A stretch of DNA of 24,908 nucleotides, taken from a virus (Duplodnaviria > Caudoviricetes). Below the pieces are notes generated by a model, which saw only the letters and a list, made by a program, of their open reading frames with translations, ran no database searches and was not told where the DNA came from. Position 1 is the first letter of the stretch, and each line of letters starts with the position of its first letter. This document shows, in pieces, positions 1 through 9,094 of the stretch. Location: the IMG/VR virus record IMGVR_UViG_3300020432_000049, positions 1-24,908 of that record. One strand, written 5' to 3'. Both the position numbers and the translations under genes were made by a program.

Positions 1-224
1 TATTCACTCCAATGATACAAGTCAATGTCAGTATATTCTAGCGAATACCAATCCGCTTCTGTCCTCACATTATCTAAATCCTGCACTGCCTGTGGTAACT
101 CCTCAAAAGTAAACGGAATACCATTAACAAACCACATCATTACTATTACCCTTACTGTCTCCTCAGGTTTCTGAGTATACAGAGTTAACCAACAATAATT
201 ATTTGTGATTTGTGCTTTGACCAT
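1..224 (-). CDS. Hypothetical protein, 3' end truncated by the window edge (MVKAQITNNYCWLTLYTQ...MWFVNGIPFTFEELP...)
   Basis: Translated by hand. ATG at 224-222 overlaps the upstream TAA (TAATG coupling), and the frame stays open to the window edge. Not in the ORF track. Confidence 0.7.
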   Translation of the reverse strand, partial: MVKAQITNNYCWLTLYTQKPEETVRVIVMMWFVNGIPFTFEELPQAVQDLDNVRTEADWYSLEYTDIDLYHWSE

Positions 225-850
225 TAACCTATAGTGATGTTTGCTGTAAATGAAATTCTATCATTGCTAGGATTAGAATCAAATCCATGTGTAACGTTAG
301 ATGGGTAGATAATAATATCTCCTTCCTCCATATTGAAGGTTGCTTCTGTTAGATTAAAGGCAGTAGGGTCTTTACTATCAATCTGTAGTATTGGATAATG
401 ATTCGATGCAACATTCTTTCTCCATTTGATGTAAGAGTGCTGCTCATGATTATAGTTAATTAGGTAAGTAAGTGAGTATACACAATTACTATGCTCATGT
501 GGTGCATAGATTGCACCTTCTGCTGCTAACTCGAGATAACTCTCAGAGATTTGCAAATCTGATTTGTAATTGTAAGATGATTCATTATGTTTATGTATAG
601 CATCCATGATAACTTCTCTAAATTCCTGATACTCGTTTATCAGTGCATTAGTTTCTCCTATCTGTGAGATGCCATGACATATTGTTTCTCTTCCATGTTT
701 CGGTAAAATATCTTGTTTACTTATCCACTCCATGATACCTTTCTTAAGGTCTGCATGTTGTGTTGCTTTGATTCTTGTAACAGGTGTAGGAAAGAAACCA
801 TACGTTTCCGCTTGGATTATATCTTCTAATTTATCACTAAGTTTGTCCAT
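224..850 (-). CDS. Putative 2OG-Fe(II) oxygenase (TIGR02466-like, cyanophage type)
   Basis: N-terminal FPTPV, HxH motif (PHEHSNCVYS), distal EEGDIIIYPSNVTHG and RISFTAN are typical of this double-stranded beta-helix family. Confidence 0.8.
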   Translation of the reverse strand: MDKLSDKLEDIIQAETYGFFPTPVTRIKATQHADLKKGIMEWISKQDILPKHGRETICHGISQIGETNALINEYQEFREVIMDAIHKHNESSYNYKSDLQISESYLELAAEGAIYAPHEHSNCVYSLTYLINYNHEQHSYIKWRKNVASNHYPILQIDSKDPTAFNLTEATFNMEEGDIIIYPSNVTHGFDSNPSNDRISFTANITIG

Positions 851-1089
851 TAAAAATCCTTTGTCATTTGTCCAAGAGATTCAGAGACAAATGCCTGTGT
901 CCCTGCAGGGTCAGGCACAAATTCCTCTGGTTGAGGAATATTTATCTCAGGTGGAGCCTGTGCTACTGACGTAATAATAGCAACTTTATCTCCTGTGTTT
1001 ATCTTTACAGTATGTCCCTTTGATACAAGTGACATGATGAAATCAAAGTTTGCTTTAAACTCTGCTACATCTACGCTGATTATATTCAT
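850..1089 (-). CDS. Phd/YefM antitoxin-like small protein
   Basis: The N-terminus ISVDVAEFKANFDFIMSLVSKGHTVKINTGDKVAII fits the Phd/YefM DNA-binding pattern, followed by an acidic, Pro-rich tail. Confidence 0.5.
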   Translation of the reverse strand: MNIISVDVAEFKANFDFIMSLVSKGHTVKINTGDKVAIITSVAQAPPEINIPQPEEFVPDPAGTQAFVSESLGQMTKDF

Positions 1090-1295
1090 AGGTATGTGAT
1101 TAAATCTTCGGGTAAGTCTTGAAATGTTTGTAAGGTTTCCGTGAAACCCTCCATTCCATCACTGTCAAACTTCCATGTGACAGTCTCTTCGTAGCCTTCA
1201 GTATCGAGAATCTTTACGCTACGTTTGGGTATATTGACCCAGATGTGCTCCAAATACGTGGTTGTATTGCTGAGCTCATCAAAGCTTTCAATCAT
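1086..1295 (-). CDS. Hypothetical protein (69 aa, acidic)
   Basis: The ORF track gives 1086..1376. The ATG at 1295 (MIESFDEL) avoids overlap with gp5. ATGA overlap with the next gene. Confidence 0.65.
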   Translation of the reverse strand: MIESFDELSNTTTYLEHIWVNIPKRSVKILDTEGYEETVTWKFDSDGMEGFTETLQTFQDLPEDLITYL

Positions 1296-1324
1296 GAGGG
1301 GAGTGTATCTCTCTCTAGTATACC

Positions 1325-4051
1325 CTAGTTTAGGAGTAATGGCAAGCCATAGACCTGATGAGGTCCGAAACCGCAACCAGTTGCCATGTATCCCGCACCA
1401 ACTCCATAGGATGCCATCCCTGTTACCACCTGATTCATGATGTTTCCTGCGGTTACAAATTCGGTAATTACACCAGTTGGAGCAGCGATGAATGTGTTAT
1501 GGACACCTGATATAGCACCTGTAAGAATATCATTCATTGAGCCAGGTGTGTATGTTGACACTGCGATACGAGTATGTGTTGGTGGTGAAACTGATGGGAA
1601 TGGCAAGTCAGTTACAACATCTACGATTGACCCCTTGACTAAACTAAACTGTCCAGTCAATGCAGCAAATGGATTGAATAGTGCAACAAACTCAAATCTT
1701 CCTGCGTTTAAGAATGATGTAATCCAGTTTGCTTCGTTAGTTATCTCACCGTCAGCAACGTTTTCAATAGTATTTGCTTCTGTCCTAACTGTCTGTGCAT
1801 TTAAGTTGATACCCTCAACAGCAGTAATCTTGACTTTAGACCCTTGAATCTTTACCTCACCTGTGTATGCAATTTCGTGGTCTCCTTCCTTACGCATAGC
1901 AGACTTCTGCTCGTTGTCATCCTGTAAATCAGCACTAAGTTGAGGACCGTTTGGTGTCCTACCCCACTCATCAGCGTCAGGATGAAATGGAATCTCATCT
2001 ACTGGATAGAATCCACCTATATTGTTTCTCTTTAATATCTGGTATCTTTCTCCTTCTTTCTTCTTATATACTCTACTTATATTATCTGGATTATTTCTTC
2101 CACCGCCACCAGTATATCCGCCACCACCATTATCAGCAGTGCCTGCTGCAGATTTAAAGGTGCTACTATTTGTATGCTGTGATGTCACGTTAGTATCAAC
2201 ATCTTTTAGCATACTATCCAACTGGTCATCATTAGGATTATCGGATGACCCTTCTGAATCTGATTGAGGACCGTTAGATGAGTGCTCATTCTTTGCACCA
2301 GTGACTTCCTCATGATAGTTACCCATGACCTTGAGATACATATCTCCTTCAACTGTCAATACATAATTACCCTTAACAGTTTGTGCTAAGTCTCTACCAA
2401 TAATTGTAGTTTCATTATTAGGCACATTAAGATGTCTGTTACCATATTCATCTTCAAAGGTAGATACTCCACCAGGTCCTGAGAAAATAGATTTTATCTT
2501 ACCTGGGTTTGCATCATGAATTATCTTAGACCCATCGAGGAAGGTGGTTACCTCCATCAACTCTGTATCTAAGTTTTGAAACATGTTATCAATATAACTA
2601 AGACCCTTTATCGTTACACCTTTATTATCATATATTGAATTCATGTCACCACATTTATATGGTGTGCCCTTTACTGCATCATCTATATTATCACAAGGTG
2701 TCGTACCTATCAAAGGATACCATCGGTTTTGTTTGGGTCGTTTAATTTTCCTACCACAGTCTTTTTTAAACAATGCTCCAAGAAGCATCTTGATAATAGA
2801 AATCAAACTACCCCAGTCTAGTGAAGTGAAGTCAATCTCAAAGATTTTACTAACAGTTTTTCCAAGTGCCCTTGCTGCCCCTGCTGCTGCTTTTGCTATA
2901 TTAACTGCTGCAATTACATCACCCGCAACACCTTTGATTCTCTCCATTGCTGAGGTAATACCATTTAATATACGACATGTAACTGCCTTAACTGCATCAC
3001 TGATTGCTTTATTAACTACTTGTATTACCTTATTAATTGCGAACGATGCCATCTGATTGGCGAAATTCACCACATCATTCAGTGCGGCTTGCACCAGTCC
3101 TAACCACATTGGTGTCTTAGCACAAAATATACTGAATATCTCTTGGACTAAACCAAGAATAGCTTGAATAACAACAAGAGGAATAAACTTAGATACAATC
3201 TTAACTAAAGCATTAATAACTTCTGCAATAATCTTTGCTAACAATTCTTTTAGTGGTGCAAGGATGCCTGCAATACCACTTGATAAGAAGTTAGTAATCC
3301 TTCCTAGATGCTCTCTAATTTTATCTCCTGCAATCTTATGACCAGTTGCAAGTGAAATCATACCATTCTTAGTCCATGCAGAGGATGTTGCCATTTCACC
3401 TAAGTCTTGCAACATACGATTCAAGTCTAACTCAAATCCTGACCCACCAGGCCCACCAACTCCATCTGCAATAGAGTTTGCATTTACAGATGGTTTGATA
3501 GGATTAGTAATTACATTTCCTGGGAGTGTTTGCTCTGCAGTTGATATACCACCACGTGATTCTTCTGTGCCACCTGTCTCACTTGAAGGTGTCTCTGATT
3601 GCACTACTACAAATGGATTACCTTCGTTTCTCTCTGCACCAGTTAAATCTTTCTGTAAAATATTAGCATCTACACCTTCTTTACCATCAGCAATGGTAGT
3701 TTTCTTTTCGCTGTCTTTCTGTTGAAATCCTCTAAACGCTCCCAATACACAAGGTAACTGTGCTTCGTCACCATCAAGGAAAAATCCTAATACCCATGCA
3801 CCTGGCTGCAGTTGACATTTTGTACCTGTGTTTTTAGTCTGTGCTTTATCAGTGGGTAGTAATACACTTGCCCAAGGTAATGAAACTGTTGGGACTTCTT
3901 TTGTATATGTTTCTTTATCGTGACTTCCAGTATACCATCCAAGAATACGCACCTTGACACGACCAAGTTTCGAGGGGTCTTGATTAGACTCAACCTCGCC
4001 AACCCACCATGTGTAACCATCCCTTCCTAGAAAGTCCGACCTTGTTCTCAT
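1325..4051 (-). CDS. gp5: gp5-like baseplate hub / central spike protein
   Basis: N-terminal gp5 OB-fold signature (WWVGEVESNQDPSKLGRVKVRILGWYT...LPWA...WVLGFFLDGDEAQLPCVLG) and beta-helix repeats (TVKGNYVLTVEGDMYLKVMGNYHEEVTG). TATAAATA lies just upstream. Confidence 0.9.
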   Translation of the reverse strand: MRTRSDFLGRDGYTWWVGEVESNQDPSKLGRVKVRILGWYTGSHDKETYTKEVPTVSLPWASVLLPTDKAQTKNTGTKCQLQPGAWVLGFFLDGDEAQLPCVLGAFRGFQQKDSEKKTTIADGKEGVDANILQKDLTGAERNEGNPFVVVQSETPSSETGGTEESRGGISTAEQTLPGNVITNPIKPSVNANSIADGVGGPGGSGFELDLNRMLQDLGEMATSSAWTKNGMISLATGHKIAGDKIREHLGRITNFLSSGIAGILAPLKELLAKIIAEVINALVKIVSKFIPLVVIQAILGLVQEIFSIFCAKTPMWLGLVQAALNDVVNFANQMASFAINKVIQVVNKAISDAVKAVTCRILNGITSAMERIKGVAGDVIAAVNIAKAAAGAARALGKTVSKIFEIDFTSLDWGSLISIIKMLLGALFKKDCGRKIKRPKQNRWYPLIGTTPCDNIDDAVKGTPYKCGDMNSIYDNKGVTIKGLSYIDNMFQNLDTELMEVTTFLDGSKIIHDANPGKIKSIFSGPGGVSTFEDEYGNRHLNVPNNETTIIGRDLAQTVKGNYVLTVEGDMYLKVMGNYHEEVTGAKNEHSSNGPQSDSEGSSDNPNDDQLDSMLKDVDTNVTSQHTNSSTFKSAAGTADNGGGGYTGGGGRNNPDNISRVYKKKEGERYQILKRNNIGGFYPVDEIPFHPDADEWGRTPNGPQLSADLQDDNEQKSAMRKEGDHEIAYTGEVKIQGSKVKITAVEGINLNAQTVRTEANTIENVADGEITNEANWITSFLNAGRFEFVALFNPFAALTGQFSLVKGSIVDVVTDLPFPSVSPPTHTRIAVSTYTPGSMNDILTGAISGVHNTFIAAPTGVITEFVTAGNIMNQVVTGMASYGVGAGYMATGCGFGPHQVYGLPLLLN
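1940..2275. repeat. 12-bp direct repeat TTGAGGACCGTT (1940-1951 and 2264-2275) inside gp5
   Basis: Two exact copies 324 bp apart (108 codons), both encoding NGPQ in frame. Confidence 0.75.
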
Positions 4052-4063
4052 TTTATTAAAGTT

Positions 4064-4534
4064 TTAGTTATTTATAGCGACAAATTGAAACTCACCTTCT
4101 TCTTTGGGTTTACCCCATGCTTGCTCATTTGTTTCTAAATTATATCCGAAGTCTTGTGACCTATAATCAAATCCATTAAATCTAACTGTCGACACCATCT
4201 TATGTCCTCTGACAATACAATCGTCTAGAGTAGTGCCAGACCACCAACCAGTTTGTTTATCCCATTTCCAATAAAAAGGACATGAGTCTGTGTTGTGTAT
4301 CAAGTTGAAGATATCTGTTTTCACAAAATCTTCTGCCATACCAGTTACCCTGTAACGTAACCAGTTGTAAGGATTTTCTTCACCCTTATACTTATACCAT
4401 GATTTAGATTCAAAGATACCACTACCAGTCTTCCAGATTCTAATATCAACCTGTGGCCACTTGGCAGGGTTAGACATCGCCTGACGTTGGTTTCGATAGT
4501 GTCCTTGAATCAGGTTTTCCCAGTTATTCATCAT
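4064..4534 (-). CDS. cpeT: CpeT/CpcT-like phycobiliprotein (bilin) lyase
   Basis: GHYRNQRQAMSNPAKWPQV, SKSWYKYKGEENPY, C-terminal SQDFGY...WG...GEFQF match T-type lyases. The start is probably ATG 4534 or 4531 rather than 4579. Confidence 0.85.
   Translation of the reverse strand: MMNNWENLIQGHYRNQRQAMSNPAKWPQVDIRIWKTGSGIFESKSWYKYKGEENPYNWLRYRVTGMAEDFVKTDIFNLIHNTDSCPFYWKWDKQTGWWSGTTLDDCIVRGHKMVSTVRFNGFDYRSQDFGYNLETNEQAWGKPKEEGEFQFVAINN
4069..4076 (-). promoter_or_regulatory. T4-type late promoter TATAAATA for gp5
   Basis: Exact T4 late consensus on the minus strand, 17 nt before the gp5 ATG and within the last codons of cpeT. Confidence 0.8.
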
Positions 4535-4727
4535 TTTCGTAAATCGATAAATCGCAATCCACAAGGATTTCTCCTTCATGCTTTTCCTTTTTGGGGTATC
4601 CTATTTTGTGTAGGATATCAGCAGGAATTTTCTTTTTAGTTATGTCATAAGGTATGGGTGCGTTTGTTAAACAAACCCTCACACACTCTAACTCTTCGGA
4701 AGTTAGAGTGATATTATGTAGATTCAC
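4524..4727 (-). CDS. Hypothetical protein (67 aa)
   Basis: ORF with a GTG start that fills the gap and overlaps both neighbours briefly. Confidence 0.6.
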   Translation of the reverse strand: MNLHNITLTSEELECVRVCLTNAPIPYDITKKKIPADILHKIGYPKKEKHEGEILVDCDLSIYENDE

Positions 4728-4854
4728 TATTTTCGTTTTTTAGTTTAGCATAAAGTAGTGCTTGTGTCCAGCTCTTAGGACCCTTTTCAAGCAAATCCTG
4801 CTTCCACTTTGAAGGAGGATTCTTCAGTTTGTTTGTCCTTCTACGATGTGCCAT
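4714..4854 (-). CDS. Small basic hypothetical protein (46 aa, MAHRRRTNKLKNPPSKWKQDLLEKGPKSWTQALLYAKLKNENSEST)
   Basis: Translated by hand. ATG overlaps the cp12 stop (TAATG) and the ORF fills an otherwise empty gap. Below the ORF-track cutoff. Confidence 0.6.
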   Translation of the reverse strand: MAHRRRTNKLKNPPSKWKQDLLEKGPKSWTQALLYAKLKNENSEST

Positions 4855-5081
4855 TAGTCGTCATATACTAAGCACTCAGGCTCGTCAGGGTGTTGGTCGC
4901 AAAACAACTCGAGTGCATTAGGGTCGTGATGGTCGCCTGCTGCAATCTCTTCTTTGTGATGCTCTGCGTATTCTTCTAATTCATGCAACTCTACCTTAGC
5001 ATGTCTGCGTGCTGCAGGATTTGCTAGGGGGTCGTCAATGATGTCTTTGTCTTTTTGAATGTGTTTTTCGATTGATTCCAT
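4854..5081 (-). CDS. cp12: CP12 Calvin-cycle inhibitor (cyanophage type)
   Basis: C-terminal DPNALELFCDQHPDEPECLVYDD with the CP12 C-terminal Cys pair. Confidence 0.93.
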   Translation of the reverse strand: MESIEKHIQKDKDIIDDPLANPAARRHAKVELHELEEYAEHHKEEIAAGDHHDPNALELFCDQHPDEPECLVYDD

Positions 5082-5093
5082 ATTAGTTTACCT

Positions 5094-6473
5094 TTAATAA
5101 GTTTCCTTCATAACAGAGTCTCTAGTCAAAACAAGTTGGCTAGTCAAACCTTCTTTGGTGAAAGTATGTGTCACTGCGGAGATTAAATACATCCCACTAT
5201 ATCTTAGGTCTTCTTTAAGAGACCTTTGTTTCTCCTGAGAGGCGGGTATCCTCACTTTTATGAGCATTCCTGCCGTCAAAGCAGAGTTTCCAGGTACAAC
5301 TATTGATAGTTGTATAGCCTGTAGTAGATTATAGCGTGCTGCAGCATATTCCGCAACTGCCATTGTGTCAGTATCAGAACTTGTCCCATTTTCGGGGTCA
5401 TCATTATTGACTTGATTCTTCAAGCCAGGTAATGCTCGATACTTGATTCTAGTCGCACCATCAAATTCTTCTAAGTCAGAAGGCAAATCATAAGGTTTTC
5501 TTTTATGTATTGTATCTGCCTTTGAAAACACCTGATTGTATGACAATTCTCGAGGACTATGAATAGTCCCTGCAGGGGCAGTTTCTTCAGTTGAGCCAGA
5601 GTCAGTTGCATTTGAATTTGTAGGACGAGGCATTGATATGCTAATACCAACTGTCTTAAATGTCCCCATTCTCATGTTTCTGAGATGATTGGCTCTGTCA
5701 GGATAGGATATGCTCTCAATGGTATGATAACCATTGTTAGGAGGGTCACTACCCTGCTGTATATAAGTATATTCAAATATCTCTGCTTCTTTTGGTATAC
5801 CATCTCCCAGACAGAGTGCGTCTAGTGATTTGAAATTAAATCCATATCTATTCTCAAAGAATAAAAAACCAGATTGTTTTTCAGATGCTTTTCCACCACC
5901 ACTACCTTCAACACGTGTTACCTTATCTGACATGTATGCTATTGCTTCTACTGGTCTCCAATTTGTAGATATAAAAGATATTTTAGAATGAGTTTCAAAG
6001 TTTACGTCTTTGGTTTTTTCTTTAGGTGCTGCAAGATATTCTTTACATATATGCTTGGGGATATGGTCTACATCTTTTCCTGCAGGTCCGAATGGTTTGA
6101 ATACCTTATTCATTTCATTTGTATATGCTTCTGGCGATGTGCAGTGTAAAATATACAACTGTCCTCTCTCACTCTTAAGAGTGCTACCAATTTTAAATAC
6201 TCTAACTTTAAATTCTAATGACTGTTTATTACCTGTCAACGTGCTACTTTCAGTTGTCAACTTGACACTGATAATCTCTCCACCTATCAGTAGTTTGTTG
6301 AAGTCAATAGCATCAACCATACTGAAATCAACTCTTAAGAATGGTGAGTCAATAGATTCAGTATAAGTGAAGTCAATTACTAAGTCTCGTATATCATAAG
6401 TTGGAGGATTACCTTTAGGTATGGCAATCTCCATCTTGTCTAGCGTAAATAACCGTGATTTTCTATCTGCCAT
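5094..6473 (-). CDS. Baseplate hub protein (gp27-like / late control D-like)
   Basis: FTYTESIDSPFL, FLFFENRYGFNFKSLD and VPGNSALTAGMLI...YSGMYLISAVTHTF...LTRDS motifs of hub proteins. Located after the tape-measure-like genes. Confidence 0.7.
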   Translation of the reverse strand: MADRKSRLFTLDKMEIAIPKGNPPTYDIRDLVIDFTYTESIDSPFLRVDFSMVDAIDFNKLLIGGEIISVKLTTESSTLTGNKQSLEFKVRVFKIGSTLKSERGQLYILHCTSPEAYTNEMNKVFKPFGPAGKDVDHIPKHICKEYLAAPKEKTKDVNFETHSKISFISTNWRPVEAIAYMSDKVTRVEGSGGGKASEKQSGFLFFENRYGFNFKSLDALCLGDGIPKEAEIFEYTYIQQGSDPPNNGYHTIESISYPDRANHLRNMRMGTFKTVGISISMPRPTNSNATDSGSTEETAPAGTIHSPRELSYNQVFSKADTIHKRKPYDLPSDLEEFDGATRIKYRALPGLKNQVNNDDPENGTSSDTDTMAVAEYAAARYNLLQAIQLSIVVPGNSALTAGMLIKVRIPASQEKQRSLKEDLRYSGMYLISAVTHTFTKEGLTSQLVLTRDSVMKETY

Positions 6474-9094
6474 TACATTAAGTCTGCCATGTCTCCGTTA
6501 AATTCGGATACTAACCCAAATCTAGTTATAAGGTAAGGGTCAGCTGCTCCGTCACCGTCTATAGGTATAGGCACATCAAAACTACCACCTCCTGCACTAC
6601 CCTGCACTATTGGCTCTGCTGTCACATTAGGTGCATTTACTACTTTATTCTGTTGTCCTAGTAACTCATTCTTCTTATCAACAAGTGCTAGTTTTGCTAA
6701 CTCTATCATGTTACCAACTTCTGTGTGCAATTTCTCTGCACCATCTAACATATCACCACGACCATCAAAGTCATACTTATTACCTGTATAAGCATCTGCC
6801 AATCCCATATAGATTCTCTTCCATCCTGTAGTTTGACCTTCTTCATTGGGCTCTGCTCTTAGGAAGTTAGCAAAGTTATTCTTTAACTTACTGACTACCT
6901 CCATCCTTCTGCGTTGATGTGTAGCTCTCTGTGCATCACTGTTTGCTAAGATTTTAATCAACTGTGCATGCTGCATATCAACTTCACCCGCAATCACATC
7001 ATCAATAGAAGTGCCCTCAGGTAATTGTCTTAATATCTGTGCTTGATGTTTTCTAAGCTCTTCAATATCAATATTAAATCCTTGTCCCATGATTTTATTT
7101 TCAACCTCTACATTTCCTATAACTTGCTCTACCTCACCACCTTCTGCCTTAGTGGGTAATGCATATCCACCACTCATTGCTTCACGAAATCTTCGTGATG
7201 TTAGTCCGCTATCCTTTTTAGTTGCAGGAGTATTATATGGTATAACAAATGCACCACCACTCGCCATCTTAGACCCAACCCACTCTAAACCATGACCAAT
7301 AAACGCTGTGCTTCTACCACCGTCTAGTGATACAGGGTATCCAGACATAGGACCGTTTATCCATCCACCTTTTGCTTTATTTTTATTTGCTGTGGTGTAT
7401 GTATTACCAAACTCCATCGTATCGTCAAATGCTTTTGCATATTTTAAAAGCATTTTATCGTAATTTGCTATTTCCAACTTATGACCTTCGGTATTCTCAA
7501 GTCCCCTTGCCTTTGCTTCTGCTATTGCAAAACTTTTTTTAGCTTCTAGCAACTCTATCTGTCTCTCATAATTATCCTGATTCGCTGCAACAAGGGGAAC
7601 TGCCACTCCGTCTGACGTTTGAGTGCCATCAACAACTTCCATCAATCCTGTTTCTGGGTTGTAAGACGTCGTATAACTCATTTGTCTTGAGTAGGAAGTA
7701 GAGTCTGTCGTTGTTTCCTCGTTATTTTTCTTAGGTGCAAAGAATTTCAATACTGCTGTTAATGCCTTCAAACCTAAGAATAGAGGTGCAAACAAAGTGT
7801 TAATACCAATTCCTAGAATCTTAGTAATCATTGGCATATGTGGCTCAATGAAATCTAAAATTCCATTCATAACACCACCAAGTGCTTCAAAGAATCCAGA
7901 TAAACTTTCTTGTATAGGAGCCATTATATCATTAAATACCTTACCCACATCTTTGAAAAATCTACCTAAAGGCTCAGTTAAAGGACTCAAAAACTTACCA
8001 ATACCCTGTCCTGCTTTTCCTCCTAAAAATCCTCCTGCTGCTCCCAATAAAGCACCACCTACAGGACCAGCAATGGCATTACCCACTGACTGACCTATCA
8101 TAGCTCCACCAGTTGCACCAACTCCTGCTCCTACTGCTTCAAATGCGTCACCACCCGCCTGTGAAACTGCAAACGCTGCACCTAGTCCTAAACCTACACC
8201 TAACCCAACCTTTGCAAACTTATTACGATAAAAACTACGCAATTTATCCATGCGTCCACCAGCTTTCATTATTCCACCTAATGATTTGCCTAGTGTGCTT
8301 AAAACCCATGCAAACGCTTTTACTGTGCCTCTAGGATTCTTAAGGAATGCTAGTGTTGCAAATAAAGGTACAGCAGCAGCGACAAATTGAAGAGCACCAA
8401 ACAATCCTTTAAGACTAATAGGATTTTCAAGAAACTTTATAAGACCATTAAATGCATTCCCTGCTAGGAATGATGATATATTAAGGATAAACTTACCTAC
8501 AGTTGCTAGTGTCTTAGCAAGTCTTTGTATTGCTTCGGGATTCTTTGCTATCCAAGTCAAAGCTGCCATACCCATGACTATCTTGAGGAAGTAAGTAGAT
8601 AATCTTACTAACCCTGTGAATAATCCTCCAAATGACTTCTTAGTATTTTCTTTGAATGCTTTTTCTATATTCTTAAATAGACCTCGCTTACCACCTACTT
8701 CTCCATCTTTCTCTGCTTGGTCTCTCTGGTCTAATTTTTTTTGTCTTTGCTCCTGCTTTATTTTTTCCTTCTCTCTAATATCTTCTTCTTTGATTGCTTC
8801 TTTCTGGACTTTCTCTATTCTATTTGCTGCCTTTACCTGTTTACCTATTGATGTCTTCAAAGATGACGTCATGCTCTGCACACCTAGTGCAATACTATTG
8901 ATAGATGCACCTAAAGAGTTTATACCACCTATTACTGCTTGAAAACCTTTCCCCATATCACCCTGCATCTTACCCATTTCATCTGCAGATGATAAGGGTG
9001 TATATTTCTTGCCACCAGTAGACCCCTTATAAGATACCATCTTATAAAGAGTTGCCTTAGGGACTTTGATACTAGATGGATTATCAGTTGCCAT
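6473..9094 (-). CDS. Long virion structural protein, tape-measure/gp29-like (873 aa)
   Basis: Charged coiled coil, amphipathic helices, Gly/Ala zipper and repeated AxGG motifs. Sits between gp51 and the hub gene. Confidence 0.6.
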   Translation of the reverse strand: MATDNPSSIKVPKATLYKMVSYKGSTGGKKYTPLSSADEMGKMQGDMGKGFQAVIGGINSLGASINSIALGVQSMTSSLKTSIGKQVKAANRIEKVQKEAIKEEDIREKEKIKQEQRQKKLDQRDQAEKDGEVGGKRGLFKNIEKAFKENTKKSFGGLFTGLVRLSTYFLKIVMGMAALTWIAKNPEAIQRLAKTLATVGKFILNISSFLAGNAFNGLIKFLENPISLKGLFGALQFVAAAVPLFATLAFLKNPRGTVKAFAWVLSTLGKSLGGIMKAGGRMDKLRSFYRNKFAKVGLGVGLGLGAAFAVSQAGGDAFEAVGAGVGATGGAMIGQSVGNAIAGPVGGALLGAAGGFLGGKAGQGIGKFLSPLTEPLGRFFKDVGKVFNDIMAPIQESLSGFFEALGGVMNGILDFIEPHMPMITKILGIGINTLFAPLFLGLKALTAVLKFFAPKKNNEETTTDSTSYSRQMSYTTSYNPETGLMEVVDGTQTSDGVAVPLVAANQDNYERQIELLEAKKSFAIAEAKARGLENTEGHKLEIANYDKMLLKYAKAFDDTMEFGNTYTTANKNKAKGGWINGPMSGYPVSLDGGRSTAFIGHGLEWVGSKMASGGAFVIPYNTPATKKDSGLTSRRFREAMSGGYALPTKAEGGEVEQVIGNVEVENKIMGQGFNIDIEELRKHQAQILRQLPEGTSIDDVIAGEVDMQHAQLIKILANSDAQRATHQRRRMEVVSKLKNNFANFLRAEPNEEGQTTGWKRIYMGLADAYTGNKYDFDGRGDMLDGAEKLHTEVGNMIELAKLALVDKKNELLGQQNKVVNAPNVTAEPIVQGSAGGGSFDVPIPIDGDGAADPYLITRFGLVSEFNGDMADLM

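Noticed and set aside
1940-2275. Intein or intron in the gp5 insert
   Set aside because: There is no terminal His-Asn followed by Cys/Ser/Thr, no endonuclease motif, and the reading frame is uninterrupted.
4854-5081. CP12 lacking the N-terminal Cys pair and AWD_VEEL motif
   Set aside because: This is a known feature of cyanophage and marine picocyanobacterial CP12, so it is not novel.
9084-9094. Possible frameshift fusion of the two tape-measure-like genes
   Set aside because: The 11-nt overlap has no slippery heptamer and the downstream gene has its own ATG. Ordinary translational coupling explains it.
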